Shown here one piece after another: positions 8,801 to 16,523 of a stretch of 32,000 bases of DNA. The position numbers and the translations under genes were made by a program. The stretch is from Salinivirga cyanobacteriivorans (lineage in GTDB: Bacteria; Bacteroidota; Bacteroidia; Bacteroidales; Salinivirgaceae), in NCBI RefSeq assembly GCF_001443605.1, contig NZ_CP013118.1:3657659-3689658 (forward strand), written 5' to 3'. Numbering within the stretch: position 1 is the stretch's first letter; each line of letters starts with the position of its first letter. A model generated the notes under the pieces. That model ran no database searches and was not told the DNA's origin. It was given only the letters and a program-made list of their open reading frames with translations.

Positions 8801-11779
8801 CAGTGCCAGCGACCAGATCCGGTATTTGTAGAGATTGAACTGGCAAACTATGGTGAGGCCTTTACTGCTGGTGCAGAACTACCTGTAGCCTACCAGGTAA
8901 ATCAGGAAGCAGAAATTTTAGATACCCTTACACTTTCAGGTGATCTGGCTGTGGGCGCATCAGTGCAGTATACATTCAGTGAGGGTATGGATTTGAGCGA
9001 ACCCGGACAATACAATATTGCCATTTACAGCAATATTGATAAAGACCTTGATAAATCGAATGATACAGCATATTTGCAAGTTAATACCTGGGGTGAGCCT
9101 GTTATTGGGTTTTATGGTGATACCATTTATACTGCACAACCAGATACTGTTGTGCTCAATGGCGGTGCTGGTATGGATAGTTATCTTTGGCAGGATAATA
9201 CAACTAATCAAACATATAATGTAAGTAGCGATGTTTCTCAGTGGTATTATCTAACTGTAGACGATGTTTATAATTGTGGCCCTGCAACTGATTCAATTTA
9301 TTTGAATACGAGCGATATGGGTGTGCTTGGAATTGAAGCGCCAGTTACTGCATGTGGACACACAGCTGCTGAAACTATAACTGTGCAGATTGAAAATTGT
9401 AGTGGCGATTATGTAAATGCCGGCGAGCAATGGAGCTTTGGTATACAACTAAATGAAGAAGGGCCTGTCTATGAACAATTCACCCTGAACGAAGCCATAG
9501 AGCCTAATACCTCTGTATTTCTTGACTTGAACACAACAATAAATTTGCAGGATACCGGAATTTATGAGCTAGCGGTATGGATCGATAAAGAGCTTGATAA
9601 CAGCTCCTCAAATGATACTGCTATAACAAGTATAGCAACGCTGGGCTATCCGGATGTTGAACTGGGGCCGGATACAATATTCACGACACATCCCGACACA
9701 CTGTTTTTCGATGCTTCTGAACAATTCAGTAGTTATTTATGGCACGATGGTTCAACAAATCCCTACTTTATGGCTAATCAGGATACTTCGTATCTCTATA
9801 AAGTTACTGTCAGCAATGAAGATGGATGTGGCACCGACAGTGATTCTGTGCAGGTTTTTACCTATAATGTTGGTTTGGCAGAAATTATTAATCCGGAGAG
9901 TAACTGCGAATTATCTGAATCGCAGCAATTCGATCTCAAAATTACTAATTATGGCCCCGATAATCTATATCCTGGCGAAGTTATTCAACTTAGTTACCAG
10001 GTGAATTCCACAGGATGGAACAGACAGGATATTACCCTCAGCGATACACTGCTTTCTGGAAATGATATTATCAGGCGTATAAGCGAGCCCTACGACATGT
10101 CTGCTTTTATGCGCTACGATATTGCTGCAGCTGTGCATTTTGAAAAAGATGCCACGCTGAATAACGATACCATCGCCGAAACAATTGAAACTTTCGGATA
10201 TCCACCATTTGAAATTAATTACGACATTATAAACAGTACTCAGCCCGATACCATTGACCTCATCGTGACACCTTCTAATTATGTAAGTTATTTTTGGCAT
10301 GTAGGGATCGACAATGATACGCTACAACTCGACACATTAAATGAACCATTTTATGCAGTTACAGTATCAGACATACATGGGTGTTCCACGGTAGATACTG
10401 TACCTGTAAATCAAAAGAATATCGGGTTTCATCAGTTGTTGTCGCCAGAATCGGCCTGCCAGCATACGCCTGATGAAAACATAGCTGTACGGTTACTCAA
10501 TAGTGGTTATGATACAATTGATGCTGGTTCAGTAATTACCCTTAACGTTACGAGTCCGGAGCTTATAACGGAAAATCTGACCCTTTCTGCACCACTCTAT
10601 CCAAATGACTCTGTTGACTATACATTTACACAAGGTATTGATTTAAATGCAGAGGGTAGTTATGATATTGCAATAAATTTGGAAGCAGATTTCGATGCTT
10701 CCGGGTCTGACAATCTGTTGAATCGTATAATTGAAACTTATGGACCAGCTGAAGTAGACCTTGGTAACGAGATAACCATTGATGAGCTGCCCTATTTGCT
10801 TGACGCCGGAGCAGGTTTTAGTTCTTATTTATGGCACGATGGGTCGACTAATCAAACATTCAATATCGATGAGACAAATATTACAGGTACAGGACTCTAT
10901 TCTGTTACGGTTGTAAATGACATGGGTTGTGCCGGAAACGATAGCCGCCGGGTTAATGTAAATATTTTCGACTGGGATGCCGAATCTATTACCGAACCAC
11001 AAGGCGATTGTTTTAATAGTTTCCCTCAGGTCACAGCTATGTTTAGTAATCAGAGCAGCGTTCCTGTAAGGCAGGGAAGACAGTTTTACATCAGCTATGC
11101 ACTCAATGGAGGTACTATTGTTGAAGAGGTTTTTACACTTGAAGATAGTGTTTATCCTCAGGAGATGTATAGTTATACATTTGACCAGATTCCAGCCTAT
11201 GAGGCAGAAGCCGTAGGTGTGCTTGAGCTGAATCTTGATAATGGTGGCGACCAGAATCCTGCCAACAACAGTGTAACTCAAACATTTACCATGCATCTTA
11301 ACACAATGGCTTTTGAGAGCGATACACTGAAGCCCGGTAGTTTTCCGGCAACCATTACTGCACCAGGAGGTTATGCCTCGTATGAATGGAGCACAGGCCA
11401 GAACGGACAATCAATTTCAGTAATCAATCCGGGGTGGTACAGTGTTACAGCTTATGATTATGAAAGTTGTGCTGCCACAGATTCCATTTATGTGACCGAT
11501 CCCACTGGAATAAATGATTTAAATAAGCATCAGCAAATTACTATTTGGCCAAATCCTGCATCCAAAACCTTGTGGGTTAAGTTTCATCGTGAAACAGCCG
11601 GCTGGATTCATTATGAATTGGTTTCTGCTTCAGGAGATGTAGTGATATCCAATGAAAAAACCATTAGGAGTGGAGAAATAATTGAAATTCTGGTCGATGC
11701 CATGGCAGAGGGAATTTATATGTTACGTTTTTACGACGATGATGAATATGGTACAGAGAACCTGATTATAGCTCATTGA
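5789..11779 (+). CDS. Giant (1,996 aa) secreted multidomain surface protein with a T9SS C-terminal sorting domain; contains jelly-roll/MAM-like, CARDB-like and YxW modules
   Basis: Uninterrupted ORF starting at ATG. Signal peptide MKYLVTLSAIILAFVGSIKAQ. FFSEDFEQGIPINWTQ-type N-terminal module. CARDB-like segments such as VTVKIRNYGGEASPTNIPIEYSIDNGANW. C-terminus ITIWPNPASKTLWVKF...EGIYMLRF. Confidence 0.92.
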   Translation: MKYLVTLSAIILAFVGSIKAQVFFSEDFEQGIPINWTQEYLTSSASWYIENGGLGGEHPDTAYQGNYNAILQQNGSSKITRLITPMIDLGDVVKAQLQFGHAMTEYVGIDELTVECREHPDSAWVEIAYYGTAVPNWVFEEIQIPDSLTSSTSAIAFKGKTNYGGGICIDLVEVIEVGIVPLQVKSIEAANFAYTSVPSGSNNNPILRTIINVVGNTGTLNFEEITYQSLNTDNADIREGGLSLFYSKDTLLRNVELVAGNVNFEQGAATFSDLAVPLSFGTNVFWLTYNVDSALTHDQHNHVLDAKINADDIVIDGYTYPFEDLNPSGNLWLKESLFFDNFEGAMNWNLIGEFEIDQPSGLGVTGDGNPDPEFATSPVNVLGTDLTGLGETEGAYENNLTEAEDQAVSPYVNVDYYKDLNLFFWRWLNVDFFDDATIDVRKNQSNWGTVWINNSYNNDNFWRVHEYGLHDSLFYRDSLQMRFAMGPSDEENNQSGWNIDNFAITGDYIAYDVGVSAWVAPGDGCGHTDQDFVTVKIRNYGGEASPTNIPIEYSIDNGANWVQEVYPSSIPVGGEATFTFSGTADMSQPGTYKVIARTVMSQDEFFENNRFDTTIFVTPSYSLPYTQSFELGADYWISGGENNTWQIKQPHQAISGPYIDTAYNGVRCWVTNYEGSYLANDSSYIQSPCFDFTGTEAPILEFAIFTDFQAGVDGANVLYSIDNGQSWNLLATNADYSQNWYTNASVVSLDNPGWDQPNTGWFIARNLLPQALTAYESVKFRIMIEADQTIENEGIAIDRVRLYDAPYDIGLTALNYPATDCEIGDAVYPEIEIQNDGVSPLPGGLKVPINLYFKENFIVRDTFELSSPLAVNDTRLLTFDTALYMDTAGNYAFEFINKFNETAGFYTSDNDTLYTQVSVEGMPQYNPFPDVTGKNSPFVELDAGAGYTYSWSTGHDGQVLQAYTEGTFYVTVTNGNGCTAIDSTTVINSVDDMELTQVLTTIPDQCQRPDPVFVEIELANYGEAFTAGAELPVAYQVNQEAEILDTLTLSGDLAVGASVQYTFSEGMDLSEPGQYNIAIYSNIDKDLDKSNDTAYLQVNTWGEPVIGFYGDTIYTAQPDTVVLNGGAGMDSYLWQDNTTNQTYNVSSDVSQWYYLTVDDVYNCGPATDSIYLNTSDMGVLGIEAPVTACGHTAAETITVQIENCSGDYVNAGEQWSFGIQLNEEGPVYEQFTLNEAIEPNTSVFLDLNTTINLQDTGIYELAVWIDKELDNSSSNDTAITSIATLGYPDVELGPDTIFTTHPDTLFFDASEQFSSYLWHDGSTNPYFMANQDTSYLYKVTVSNEDGCGTDSDSVQVFTYNVGLAEIINPESNCELSESQQFDLKITNYGPDNLYPGEVIQLSYQVNSTGWNRQDITLSDTLLSGNDIIRRISEPYDMSAFMRYDIAAAVHFEKDATLNNDTIAETIETFGYPPFEINYDIINSTQPDTIDLIVTPSNYVSYFWHVGIDNDTLQLDTLNEPFYAVTVSDIHGCSTVDTVPVNQKNIGFHQLLSPESACQHTPDENIAVRLLNSGYDTIDAGSVITLNVTSPELITENLTLSAPLYPNDSVDYTFTQGIDLNAEGSYDIAINLEADFDASGSDNLLNRIIETYGPAEVDLGNEITIDELPYLLDAGAGFSSYLWHDGSTNQTFNIDETNITGTGLYSVTVVNDMGCAGNDSRRVNVNIFDWDAESITEPQGDCFNSFPQVTAMFSNQSSVPVRQGRQFYISYALNGGTIVEEVFTLEDSVYPQEMYSYTFDQIPAYEAEAVGVLELNLDNGGDQNPANNSVTQTFTMHLNTMAFESDTLKPGSFPATITAPGGYASYEWSTGQNGQSISVINPGWYSVTAYDYESCAATDSIYVTDPTGINDLNKHQQITIWPNPASKTLWVKFHRETAGWIHYELVSASGDVVISNEKTIRSGEIIEILVDAMAEGIYMLRFYDDDEYGTENLIIAH
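8201..11500 (+). repeat. Six tandem ~550-bp units, each a CARDB-like domain (~115 aa) plus a YxW...GC..D module (~70 aa)
   Basis: The motif Trp codons lie at 8639, 9188, 9740, 10295, 10832 and 11387, giving spacings of 549, 552, 555, 537 and 555 nt. The peptides are YTYSWSTGHDGQ, DSYLWQDNTTNQ, SSYLWHDGSTNP, VSYFWHVGIDND, SSYLWHDGSTNQ and ASYEWSTGQNGQ. Confidence 0.85.
11531..11776 (+). other. T9SS type-A C-terminal sorting domain (Por_Secre_tail-like)
   Basis: The last 82 aa are QQITIWPNPASKTLWVKFHRETAGWIHYELVSASGDVVISNEKTIRSGEIIEILVDAMAEGIYMLRFYDDDEYGTENLIIAH. This fits the known x-Y/W-P-N-P ... G-x-Y-x-L/V-R/K pattern of T9SS CTDs. Confidence 0.75.
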
Positions 11780-11802
11780 CAAACCATAGCAGCAAAATAC
11801 AA

Positions 11803-11847
11803 AAAAGCAGCTATGCGTATAAAGCATTTAGCCGCTTTTGTGTTTTT
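11803..11847. terminator. Candidate bidirectional intrinsic terminator between convergent genes
   Basis: Imperfect hairpin: AAAAGCAGCT / AGCCGCTTTT outer stem (1 mismatch), a TT bulge, ATGC/GCAT inner stem and a 7-nt loop. An A-run lies on the left and TTTTGTGTTTTT on the right. Confidence 0.5.
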
Positions 11848-11857
11848 AGAATATCAC

Positions 11858-12616
11858 TTATTTACGAACTGTAGTAGTTGAATTTCCCTGAGCTGTTGGG
11901 GTAATTAGTACATCATTTATATTGACATGTGGTGGTCTTGAAGCGATCCATACGATTGTTTCTGCAATGTCTTCAGCTCGCAAGGCTTCCAGTCCATCGT
12001 AAACCGCGGCAGCGCGCTCCTCATCGCCCTTAAAGCGTACCATGGAAAATTCTGTTTCGACGAGCCCCGGGCTCACTGAACTCACTCTTATGCCATGTTT
12101 GAGTAAATCAAGCCGCATGCCTTTTGTGATTGCTTCTACCGCGTGTTTAGTGGCGCAATAAACATTGCCTTTCTCATAAACCTCTTTACCTGCAATGGAA
12201 CTAACATTAATGATATGTCCACTTTCACGGGCTACCATTCCGGGCATTATTTTGCGCGAAATATAAAGCAATCCTTTTACGTTGGTGTCAATCATTTGCT
12301 CCCAGTCATTAATATCACCTTCCTGTAAATGTTTTAATCCGGCTGCAAGGCCTGCATTGTTTATAAGCAGCTCTATGTTTTGCCATTCCTTGGGAAGGTT
12401 GTCAATGGCTTCATCTACTTCTGCCCTTGATCGAATATCAAAAGTGAGTGTTAAAACTTCTACATTGCATGATGATTTGATTTGTTCAGCAAGTTTTTTA
12501 AGCCGCTCTTTACGCCTTCCGGTAATAATTACATGGTATCCTTCACCTGCCAGTTGCATGGCTGTTTCTTCTCCAATACCCGCAGTGGCTCCGGTAATAA
12601 GTGCTATTTTGTTCAT
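11858..12616 (-). CDS. ydfG: SDR-family NADP-dependent oxidoreductase, YdfG-like 3-hydroxy acid dehydrogenase
   Basis: TGATAGIGEE cofactor motif, NNAG, S...YCATK catalytic motif. The C-terminal FKGDEERAAAVY...PHVNINDVLITPTAQ closely parallels E. coli YdfG as I recall it. Confidence 0.85.
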   Translation of the reverse strand: MNKIALITGATAGIGEETAMQLAGEGYHVIITGRRKERLKKLAEQIKSSCNVEVLTLTFDIRSRAEVDEAIDNLPKEWQNIELLINNAGLAAGLKHLQEGDINDWEQMIDTNVKGLLYISRKIMPGMVARESGHIINVSSIAGKEVYEKGNVYCATKHAVEAITKGMRLDLLKHGIRVSSVSPGLVETEFSMVRFKGDEERAAAVYDGLEALRAEDIAETIVWIASRPPHVNINDVLITPTAQGNSTTTVRK

Positions 12617-12727
12617 CTTTTAAAATTTATCTGTTTAGATATAGCGAAGTTAGTAAAAAATATGGGAGCTGATGTGATGTTTTTTATTCCATCTGAACAC
12701 AAAGAACCCCATTCTAAAAACTAAGCA

Positions 12728-14062
12728 TTAATTAAAAAGATAGTTTTCCAGTTTCATTTCAACCTTCAAAACCGCAGGCCATTTGCTTTTTAGGCTCTTT
12801 TTTATGGCATCCCAGTTTATACTCATTAACAGCAGCGCATACAGAAAGGGCTGTGCTGGAATTTTATATCTTACCAATGCTCCTAAAACCGGAGTTGTCA
12901 TACCAGCAAGTGCAAAAAGTATAACTGTAAATGACATTAGGAACAAGAGCGATTTGGTATGCAATTGTTTGTTACGGAAAATCAGCGATGCAATTATCAA
13001 CAGAGCAGTAATAACGTTTTCCAGTGCCGCGGGAATCGTGGCTAAATTGTGCACTTCAAAAGGGTGAGGTCTGAAAAGTGTAATAAATAAACCACGAAAA
13101 CCATGTACAATGAAATCCCAAAAATTTGTAGTCAGTTTGGGGCTTTCAATGTAACTGCCTACGTGATTGAGTGAATGCACATAGTTAATGAAATCATGTT
13201 GTTTTTTACTTATTGTTTCAGGTATGTCGGGTAATCCTAAATAGGGTAAAATGAAAATGCCAATAAGCAATAGCAGATGAACGCCTAAAAATGGCAGCCA
13301 GGTTTTACCGGTTGCTTTAGCTGCATAAAAGCTTAAAATGGCTGGTATAACGGCCAGAAGCACATAAAATTTCGATATACTGAAAACCGCCAGTGAAAAT
13401 ATAAGTATGAAATAGGGTCTGTATGAATATTGGCTTCTGGATATTTGTGCAATGGCATAGAGCAGCATACCAAGTGCAAACAATACAATACCCTCTTTAA
13501 GCAATCCTGACCCCCAGAACAAAAGGGAGGGAGGGAGTGCCACAACAATAAGTGCAATGAGCTTTTTGGTTTTTATAATTTGCCGCAAAAAACGAAATAT
13601 TCCAACAAGTCCGGCCAGTGAAAAAATATTAATGATATAAGTGTGTACAAAAATATTTTTGAATGAAAACAGCATTACAATGGCGTTAAAACGAATTACG
13701 GTTTTATTGTCATTGAACATATTGTAGTTAAAATCTTTCAACCAAAAGTTCATTTTGTCGTAATAGTGCATTAAATGCGGAGCATCGTCACCTATTCCGG
13801 TAATCATGCTTAAGTAATCGTATGGATTGATAGCCAGCGCACTATGAAGCACTTTGCTGTCATTAAAATAGTTGAAAATATCGGCACTTCCGGGTGGGTA
13901 GTAATAACGGTACACTAAAATTAGTGCGATGCCCATAATCACTTTAAGTGCAAAAAATATTCTGATACCACTTGCAGATATCCCTGAGTTTTTAAAAAAG
14001 GGAATTTTTGGAATAAGCCATATAATTAATGCCAGGTATACTAAAGACCAAAGTAGCTCCAT
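12728..14062 (-). CDS. Polytopic inner-membrane protein of unknown function (about 11-13 predicted TM segments)
   Basis: 444-aa ATG ORF with repeated 15-25-residue hydrophobic stretches (LVYLALIIWLI, IFFALKVIMGIALILVY, LIALIVVALPPSLLFWGSGLL, WLPFLGVHLLLLIGIFILPYLGL and others). I recognise no family motif. Confidence 0.7.
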   Translation of the reverse strand: MELLWSLVYLALIIWLIPKIPFFKNSGISASGIRIFFALKVIMGIALILVYRYYYPPGSADIFNYFNDSKVLHSALAINPYDYLSMITGIGDDAPHLMHYYDKMNFWLKDFNYNMFNDNKTVIRFNAIVMLFSFKNIFVHTYIINIFSLAGLVGIFRFLRQIIKTKKLIALIVVALPPSLLFWGSGLLKEGIVLFALGMLLYAIAQISRSQYSYRPYFILIFSLAVFSISKFYVLLAVIPAILSFYAAKATGKTWLPFLGVHLLLLIGIFILPYLGLPDIPETISKKQHDFINYVHSLNHVGSYIESPKLTTNFWDFIVHGFRGLFITLFRPHPFEVHNLATIPAALENVITALLIIASLIFRNKQLHTKSLLFLMSFTVILFALAGMTTPVLGALVRYKIPAQPFLYALLLMSINWDAIKKSLKSKWPAVLKVEMKLENYLFN

Positions 14063-14084
14063 ATGCTTTGAAATAAATTGTGTG

Positions 14085-14092
14085 CAAAATTA
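14085..14092 (-). promoter_or_regulatory. Candidate -7 box TAATTTTG for the 444-aa membrane protein gene
   Basis: CAAAATTA on the + strand is TAnnTTTG on the - strand, 23-30 nt upstream of ATG 14062. Confidence 0.4.
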
Positions 14093-14253
14093 ACCAAATG
14101 AGGCGAATATTTAGAAAAAAATGCAGCTCATCGTGAACCATCAGATTCACAAAACCCAAATAAAATAATCTATAATGAAGTCATCCTTTTAAAGTGTTGA
14201 TATCTCTTCTGTTGTTTTTTACACTATCAATCAGGACGCCTCAAAAAATTTAT

Positions 14254-14261
14254 TAAGTTTG
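14254..14261 (+). promoter_or_regulatory. Candidate -7 box TAAGTTTG for purL
   Basis: Exact TAnnTTTG, 34 nt upstream of ATG 14295. The track's TTG start at 14259 lies inside this box. Confidence 0.45.
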
Positions 14262-14294
14262 CGTTCGTATTTTTCATTCAAATACTTTATTAAA

Positions 14295-16523
14295 ATGACA
14301 CAAAACCAGGTCGATATAAATACCGCGAAATCGCTGGGTTTATTGCCAGAAGAATTCGATAGTATAAAAAAAATACTCGGACGCGAACCCAATTTTACCG
14401 AGCTAAGTATATTTTCGGTAATGTGGTCGGAGCATGCTGCATATAAAAATTCCATTAAGTGGCTAAAAAAATTACCAAAAGACGGTAAAGCTGTATTGGC
14501 TGCAGCCGGTGAAGAGAATGCCGGATTGGTTGATATTGGTGGTGATATGGCGTGTGCATTTAAAATCGAATCACATAATCACCCATGCGCAGTAGAACCA
14601 TATCAGGGGGCTGCAACAGGAGTTGGCGGTATTAATCGCGATATTTTTACAATGGGTGCAAGACCAATTGCACAACTGAACAGCCTGCGTTTTGGCGATT
14701 TAGAGATTGATCGTACCAAATGGCATATGAAAGGTGTTGTGAAAGGTATTGGCGATTACGGCAATGCTTTTGGTGTTCCGGTTGTTGGTGGTGAAGTAGT
14801 TTTTGACAAAAGTTACAACACAAATCCACTGGTTAATGCCATGAGCGTGGGTGTAATGAAAAAAGGTAATGTGGTAAGTGCAAAGGCTGAAGGTAAAGGA
14901 AATCCAATATATATTGTAGGTTCCTCTACAGGTAAAGATGGAATTCATGGAGCTACCTTTGCTTCAGCAGATATTACTGAAGATTCTGCCGAAGATATTC
15001 CTTCAATTCAGGTTGGAGACCCGTTTCAGGAAAAATTATTGTTAGAAGCCACACTTGAAGTAATTGAGACTGGCGCTGTTGTTGGTATGCAGGATATGGG
15101 AGCTGCCGGTATTATCTGCTCCACCAGCGAAATGTCAGAGAAAGGTAATAGTGGTATGCGAATCAATCTGGATAAGGTTCCGCTAAGGCAACAAAACATG
15201 GATGCATGGGAAATTCTGCTTTCCGAAAGCCAGGAGCGCATGCTTATTTGTGTTGAAAAAGGACGTGAAAGTGAAGTAGAAGCTGTTTTCGATAAGTGGG
15301 ATTTAAATTGTGAGATAATCGGCGAAGTAATAGATGAGGATAGACTATATTTCAACTTTAACGGAGAACAGGTTGCAGATGTACCTGCTTCAGCACTTGT
15401 TTTAGGTGGAGGAGCGCCACAATATGACCGTGAATTCCGTGAGCCCGCTTACTACAAAGAGTATTTAAAATTTTCAATTGACGAAGTACCCAAACCCAAA
15501 GACCTTAAGGCTGTTGCAGATGAGCTGCTGAAGCATCCGAATAACGTAAGTCGCGAATGGGTTATGGAGCAATATGACTCCATGGTTGGTACTAAAAACA
15601 TGACCACTAACCGGCCGGCTGATGCAGGTCTGGTAAATATAAAAGGTACGAATCGTGCAATCGGACTCACTGTTGATTGCAACGGGCGCTACGTCAAGGC
15701 CGATCCGGAGATCGGTACAGCCATAGCTGTAAGTGAAGCTGCGCGCAATCTGGTTTGCTCAGGAGCAAAGCCATTGGCTATAACTAACTGTCTTAATTTC
15801 GGAAATCCTTACAACCCTGAAGTTTATTGGCAGTTTGTAGGGGCCATAAAAGGTATGAGCCGTGCCTGTAAAAAATTCGACACCCCTGTTACAGGAGGTA
15901 ATGTTAGTTTTTACAACCAAAGTAGTATAAGTGGTAAAGAAGTGCCTGTGCATCCAACGCCAACTATTGGAATGCTTGGACTTATCGAAGATAAAAATAA
16001 GGTAATGACCCTTGATTTTAAGCAAAAAGGCGATATGATTTACATGCTGGGTACTTCTAAAAATGATATTGGTCAATCTGAATATCTTACTTCATACCAT
16101 GGAGTCGAGGCCAGCCCGGTACCCGATTTTAACCTCGATTTTGAATTTAAACTACAGGATGCCATCTTAAAACTCATCGATCAGGGACTGATTCAATCAG
16201 CACATGATGTATCAAATGGGGGATTATATGTTACGCTTGTAGAATCTTCTATTCCGCGAAAACTTGGTTTCGATATTACCACAGATGCGGAGATTAGAAC
16301 CGATGCATTTCTTTTTGGCGAGTCCCAAAGTCGCGTTGTGGTGACCTGTACTGAAGAAGACGAAACCGCGTTTATTGACTTATTAATGAAACTTGGCATT
16401 CCATTTTCAGCTCTTGGGCATGTAACTAAAGGGGAAATGCGCATTGATGATAATTCCTTTGGTTTTGTCGATGAGGCTAAAAAAATGTATTCAGAAACAC
16501 TAGCAACATATCTTGAAAAGTAA
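14295..16523 (+). CDS. purL: Phosphoribosylformylglycinamidine synthase subunit PurL (short, FGAM synthase II type)
   Basis: MTQNQVDINTAKSLGLLPEEFDSIKKILGREPNFTELSIFSVMWSEHAAYKNS, ESHNHPCAVEPYQGAATGVGGINRD, and duplicated AIR-synthase-like domains. About 742 aa from ATG 14295; the track's 14259 start is an upstream TTG. Confidence 0.93.
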   Translation: MTQNQVDINTAKSLGLLPEEFDSIKKILGREPNFTELSIFSVMWSEHAAYKNSIKWLKKLPKDGKAVLAAAGEENAGLVDIGGDMACAFKIESHNHPCAVEPYQGAATGVGGINRDIFTMGARPIAQLNSLRFGDLEIDRTKWHMKGVVKGIGDYGNAFGVPVVGGEVVFDKSYNTNPLVNAMSVGVMKKGNVVSAKAEGKGNPIYIVGSSTGKDGIHGATFASADITEDSAEDIPSIQVGDPFQEKLLLEATLEVIETGAVVGMQDMGAAGIICSTSEMSEKGNSGMRINLDKVPLRQQNMDAWEILLSESQERMLICVEKGRESEVEAVFDKWDLNCEIIGEVIDEDRLYFNFNGEQVADVPASALVLGGGAPQYDREFREPAYYKEYLKFSIDEVPKPKDLKAVADELLKHPNNVSREWVMEQYDSMVGTKNMTTNRPADAGLVNIKGTNRAIGLTVDCNGRYVKADPEIGTAIAVSEAARNLVCSGAKPLAITNCLNFGNPYNPEVYWQFVGAIKGMSRACKKFDTPVTGGNVSFYNQSSISGKEVPVHPTPTIGMLGLIEDKNKVMTLDFKQKGDMIYMLGTSKNDIGQSEYLTSYHGVEASPVPDFNLDFEFKLQDAILKLIDQGLIQSAHDVSNGGLYVTLVESSIPRKLGFDITTDAEIRTDAFLFGESQSRVVVTCTEEDETAFIDLLMKLGIPFSALGHVTKGEMRIDDNSFGFVDEAKKMYSETLATYLEK

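Noticed and set aside
10829-11410. A 193-aa antisense ORF inside the 1,996-aa gene, with similar ones at 9965..10300-, 8960..9211-, 7806..8123+ and 9654..10004+.
   Set aside because: These are shadow ORFs in a long, AT-moderate coding region. They show no signal peptide, motif or promoter box, and the sense frame carries clear domain signatures.
8201-11500. The six-unit repeat as an assembly artefact, a recent duplication or a phase-variable cassette.
   Set aside because: The units differ extensively at the nucleotide level; even the identical 11-aa motif carries 5 synonymous differences. No long identical tracts are available for slippage or collapse.
12482-12724. An 80-aa + strand ORF spanning the SDR gene start and the 12617-12727 spacer.
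   Set aside because: About half of it is antisense to the well-supported ydfG-like gene. It has an alternative start codon and no motif.
14063-14294. A possible purine, ZTP or other riboswitch upstream of purL.
   Set aside because: I found no conserved cores, such as a CCGCCTGGG-type ZTP element or a purine-riboswitch junction. The distance from the -7 box to the ATG is only about 34 nt, too short for an aptamer.
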